A stretch of DNA of 53,430 bases, counting the filler, from Sphacelaria rigidula (lineage: Eukaryota): assembly GCA_964200075.2 (NCBI GenBank). It is 5 parts of 5 records of this genome, joined end to end, with 100 filler letters (N's around TTAATTAATTAA, not from the genome) between each part and the next. Parts side by side here need not be neighbours in the genome. Positions count along the whole stretch, not along the records: positions 42,826 to 53,430 come from CAXNAA020006214.1; 4 more parts are not named here. One strand, written 5' to 3'. Under the pieces are notes generated by a model, which saw only the letters and a list, made by a program, of their open reading frames with translations, had not been told where the DNA came from and did not search any database. Positions 49,500 through 53,430 of this stretch are shown here, one piece after another. Each line of letters begins with the position of its first letter. Position 1 is the stretch's first letter. A program made the translations under genes and the position numbers.

Positions 49500-50097
49500 T
49501 GTGGAGTTGAGGTTGAACATTACAGCGAGTTTCAACTTCACAACAGTGTTTTTCCTGACCAATAAAGTCATGACATGGACGACCGCATGCCCTCCGACCA
49601 CCGGGAACCTTTTTTGGAGGATTTCCCGTCTCCCGTTCTCCCAGAGGATATGTGCGTGAGCATCATTTTCGGGTTCGAGGCGTCTTTTTATTCACCCCGG
49701 AATCGAGGCAAAAATGTCATTTCGCACATATATTTGGGGGAACGGTTGACGGGAGATCCTGTAATGCATGAGAGGACCGCGTGCTTAGGGGACCGCATCG
49801 TAGTTCAACACACCTCCGTATTGACGTTTTCCAAAACCTATCGGGCCAGTCCCTGCAGAGATCACGCCCCTGACCCTAATCCCAACACTAACCCTAACTC
49901 TACCTCTACCTCTAACCCTAACCCCAACCCTAACCATAGGGGTGTTGAAACTCCGAGGCGGTACCCTAAGTGCGCGGTTCTCTCACAAATTACATTCTCC
50001 AAAGCTAGTTTCAGGGGGGTTGGGGGGTATGAGCTTAGGTCAGGGAAAGTATTGTTTGAAAGTTGAAACTCATTTTAAAGTTCAACCTCATTTTCGC
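49500..50097. mobile_element. Older TIR element (~70-bp inverted ends) hosting MITE copy 2; a related end lies at 42826-42870
   Basis: GAGGTTGAAC...GAGTTTCAACTTC...CCTGACC vs GGTCAGG...GAAAGTTGAAACTC...GTTCAACCTC. Confidence 0.6.
49758..49995. mobile_element. MITE with TTAGGG-like core, copy 2 (inverted)
   Basis: CCTGTAATGCATGAGAGGACCGCGTGCTTAGGG... / ...CCCTAAGTGCGCGGTTCTCTCACAAATTACA; core CTAACCCTAACCCCAACCCTAACC. Confidence 0.82.
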
Positions 50098-51304
50098 AAA
50101 GATAATTCATACACAAAAGTTGTGGGAAGATATGATGACCCCTTGTGTGGGGAATAAGCTGCTAAAAGTGTCTGTAGAGGAACTCACGTCCGTCCTACAA
50201 TAGTACACAGTTGCAGCATTGTTTGAAGGTCGAAGGTAAATAGGAATTATTATTTATGCCATATAATGCCCACAGTTCATTCATCCCTATCGTTGAGGGT
50301 GTGACTTGCCTCTCTCTGTGCGGCATCGAATCTGGAAAAATCGATCGCATCAACTATCCACTGGAAAAACTCTTGTCGAGTGGGATGATGACCACCATCT
50401 CCCCTCGGTTCGCGTCGCACGATCCGCTGACGTATACACTCTCGTTCGCCCCTCGTGGTCGTATCTTCGTTCGTCTCATCGTCTGCTTCACGACCTGCGT
50501 CGGTGCATGATGAAACACATATGAGCAAAGAAATGTCAAGTAGTTTCTTCTGGAGTCACACCATATCGACTTTTGGGCACCGCTGTCGAATGAAGCAAAC
50601 GCACCGATTGTGCGGCGCGAAAGCGGCCTGCATCGGTGAAACTCATGCTCACCACGCATTCAATTTATCTCCACTTAGTTTCAGCGTAGTCGCCATGTGA
50701 GGAATATACGATAACAGCGCTACTCGCACGAGGAGTCAATGATTTCATGGCCGGGGGGTATGTATCACTATCCACTGCAACTCGGTATGAAGCCGACATT
50801 CAAACACGAAGGTATTGACTGATTTGTTTTTTGATCGATTGTCGCACTTTAACTGACCCCCCCGGCGTCCAGCCGTGGTCTCGTGATAGATGTGCCCAAG
50901 AAAAACGAAACTCAAACACGCTCTAAGGAAAAAAAAAAGTGACTGCTACCCTACTTCACCGAATTGTGATTTTTTCTCATCGCTACAAGTTGCATCGGCT
51001 TCTACTTCATTTACAGTTCACACTGGGAAGACCGGCTAGTAGTTAGCGTAACTCGGTCAAAGCCTCTACTCTTGTGTGAACCCGGACATTCATTCACGGG
51101 GTTCTCTTCAGTCTCTATAGGAATCCCTTTTCTATCACACCACCCTTCCAGAAAATTGCCCCCCAAATCCATGCGGCGACAATCCTAACAGGAAACTGAC
51201 CCTTCAGCACTCGTGTACTAGTATTGTTTATTTATTTATTTTCTTCATAATATTTCGAATCATGTTTCGATGTATGCAAATCTTGTAGGAATCCCTGTAT
51301 TATC

Positions 51305-52720
51305 GTGTAATGTCCATCTGGGACGTGGATGTCCGTCTGGCATGCCAATGACGTCCATCCGGAATATTCACATGGCACGTGCACGTCTCGCTGGGATATT
51401 CCTCCGGCATTATCCCTCTGGGATTCGGACCGCCATGCGTGTATCCGTATCCTTTTATGCAATCAGGCGTAGTCGCCTCCGAGAAGGCAGCCACACTACA
51501 CCTTCGCCCTGTATGTCCTCACGAACAGAGGCTCGAGTCGTATGTGTCCGGTTGCTGGCACAGCTGTGCAGCAATGAATCAGCCCAAATCCAAACCACAC
51601 TAACCAGTTCAATCCAGGTGTTCACAGAAGTGGATTATCCCCGTGAATTTTACAGTACAAACCAAAGCCAATAGTTTCCCGCAGCTATAAGGCTCACCGG
51701 TGAGGACTCACTTGGAAGACTCATAGCCACGGCGGCCGAAGCTAATGGTGTCCGGTATCTCAGGAGAATGATCTGGGAGGAGCTCGAGGCACCGATACAA
51801 ACTACATTAAGCCCACAGTTATATCCATGCCCAGTCATGATATAAGAACAAAAAGCCAACGACAAGCAAATCCTCAATCCAAGGAACACTCCAGCATAAT
51901 TGATCAAGGAAACGTCTCCTAGAGGACGCGCCCTGGACAGGGAAATGTGCATACCTTTTTGTATTAAACTCTTATAACCTTCACTCACCAAACATCAACC
52001 CTGCAAGCTCCACTTCAGCTGCTCGAGCCCACCAAAATCCAGTGACAAAATGCACCAAAACATCAGAATGTGAACAGGTAGGGGAGGACCGTATTCTGGG
52101 TTCCCTTACATGCCATACATCCAGTCATAACACAATCCGTTACCGCAGATGATATCCGGTACCCATGATACATCATCAATCTGCACCGCATTTACCCGAA
52201 TTAGTCCACGTGCACATGCACTGGTGTTTAGCTCGGCAATACTCAATTACAGCAATACCATCTGTTGCGCACATGAGCATTCAATGCGCAGCCGACAAGA
52301 CAATTCGATCATGCAACTTGTATTTCGTATCGACCGTTGTCGACATTTCGGAACCTTGAATTGGATGTTTCAACGAGCTGTCTTCCCTCAACGGCCCAAT
52401 CAAATATTCATATCCAAATGTTGCTGTACTCCGAGTCATATGTGCCCAAGGTTACTGACCCCGAGGCCAGTCCCTGTGAGCACCATGACACTCCCCGATA
52501 GACATTCACAACACAGATGAAGGTCCATCTGGGATATCCACCTGAGGTATTTATCATGGGCTATTCACGTGAGATATGAATCTGGGATTGAACATCCCTC
52601 TCGGACATCTCAGACGGGTGTCCATATTCAATGTGGATATATCAAAGGAAGTATGCCCACATCCGAGATGGATATGCTAGATGGATCTGATATCCGAAAT
52701 GAGTATCCGCGTGGATGTTC
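51305..52720. repeat. Two degenerate arrays of GGATAT/ATATCC/GATGTCC motifs (51305-51452, 52500-52720), possibly DNA-transposon subterminal repeats
   Basis: Dense recurrence of short related motifs; element termini not identified. Confidence 0.4.
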
Positions 52721-53282
52721 ATGTCCTAGATAGACGCTCATTCGGCAAGTCCAATCACAGATGGGGGTTGCACGTTGATTCAAGACTGTGGTTGTATGCC
52801 CGTGCTCGAACGAGTAATTCGAGTTGTGCTTTCATCTGTTGTTCGTTTCAAAGCTACAAACAAAAGTGCACTCGATATTGCAGTAGTATAGATGTATGAA
52901 CCGGAGGTGAATCCGCGTTTCACCTACAGTAGGAGGTATTTCATGGTATCATAGAAAGCGTTTGCACTCACGTTGACAAATTGAGACCTACAGATCTCAA
53001 CACCCAGCGCTCGAACTGCAAACAGACTGGTTCAAAGTGGACGACCGGAATTCACTTCCCAGCGATTGTTTACCACGTTTTTCGGGATCATACCCTGAGC
53101 CTTTGCGTACGGATGCTCTGAAATATTAAATTGTGCTGTGTGAATGGGGTTTTCGGGGTTTTTCGCCAAGTATCTGGGTTCCCAGAAGGGGGGGTAACAC
53201 CTCCTCTTCCGGGATCCCAAACACCTGGCAAAAAAGGAACAAAACCTAGAAAATCTAATTCGATTAGCCCTTCAAATGAGCT

Positions 53283-53430
53283 TGTTCGTGATAGCTGCTG
53301 TAGTATCGACTAAGTTGTGTAGAACATCTGATTGGACTATTTGAATAACGGAGCTGTCGATCTACAGGCTGCTGATCTGCCACATATCTGAGAATTGCGA
53401 AGAACGTTCGCGGTCCTTTCTGTTGCTTAT
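53283..53430 (+). mobile_element. Second copy of the copia LTR (5' part, cut by the contig end)
   Basis: TGTTCGTGATAGCTGCTGTAGTATCGACT... colinear with 44307-44454, with scattered substitutions. Confidence 0.92.

Overview
Eukaryotic, repeat-rich genomic DNA, most likely from a brown alga (Ectocarpus-like stramenopile). This is inferred from the short GT-AG exons in long repeat-filled introns and the repeat types, not proven. The window is not one locus. It is five size-sorted contigs (1-10607, 10708-21314, 21415-32020, 32121-42725, 42826-53430; 10607/10607/10606/10605/10605 bp) joined by artificial 100-bp linkers (N44-TTAATTAATTAA-N44). Host genes: (1) a + strand multi-exon gene with degenerate EF-hand-like segments, a coiled coil and IQ motifs; (2) three phase-consistent exons of an SGNH/GDSL-like protein (GDSH...FGEIDCREG) split by a ~9-kb intron; (3) a - strand gene of unknown function; (4) a + strand gene with a probable GC-AG first intron; (5) a spliced, probably frameshifted gene relic. 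Mobile DNA includes a Ty1/copia RT-RNaseH end with its LTR, a second copy of that LTR, a solo LTR with TSD, several MITE families (one carrying a TTAGGG-like core) and many fragments of a non-LTR retrotransposon. The most unusual signal is that LINE family. It ends almost at its stop codon (TGAGTAC), has C-rich rather than A-rich tails, shows C-rich flanks including one exact 15-bp C-rich TSD, and twice sits at the pyrimidine tract of a host splice acceptor. No prokaryotic system, CRISPR array or rRNA was seen.
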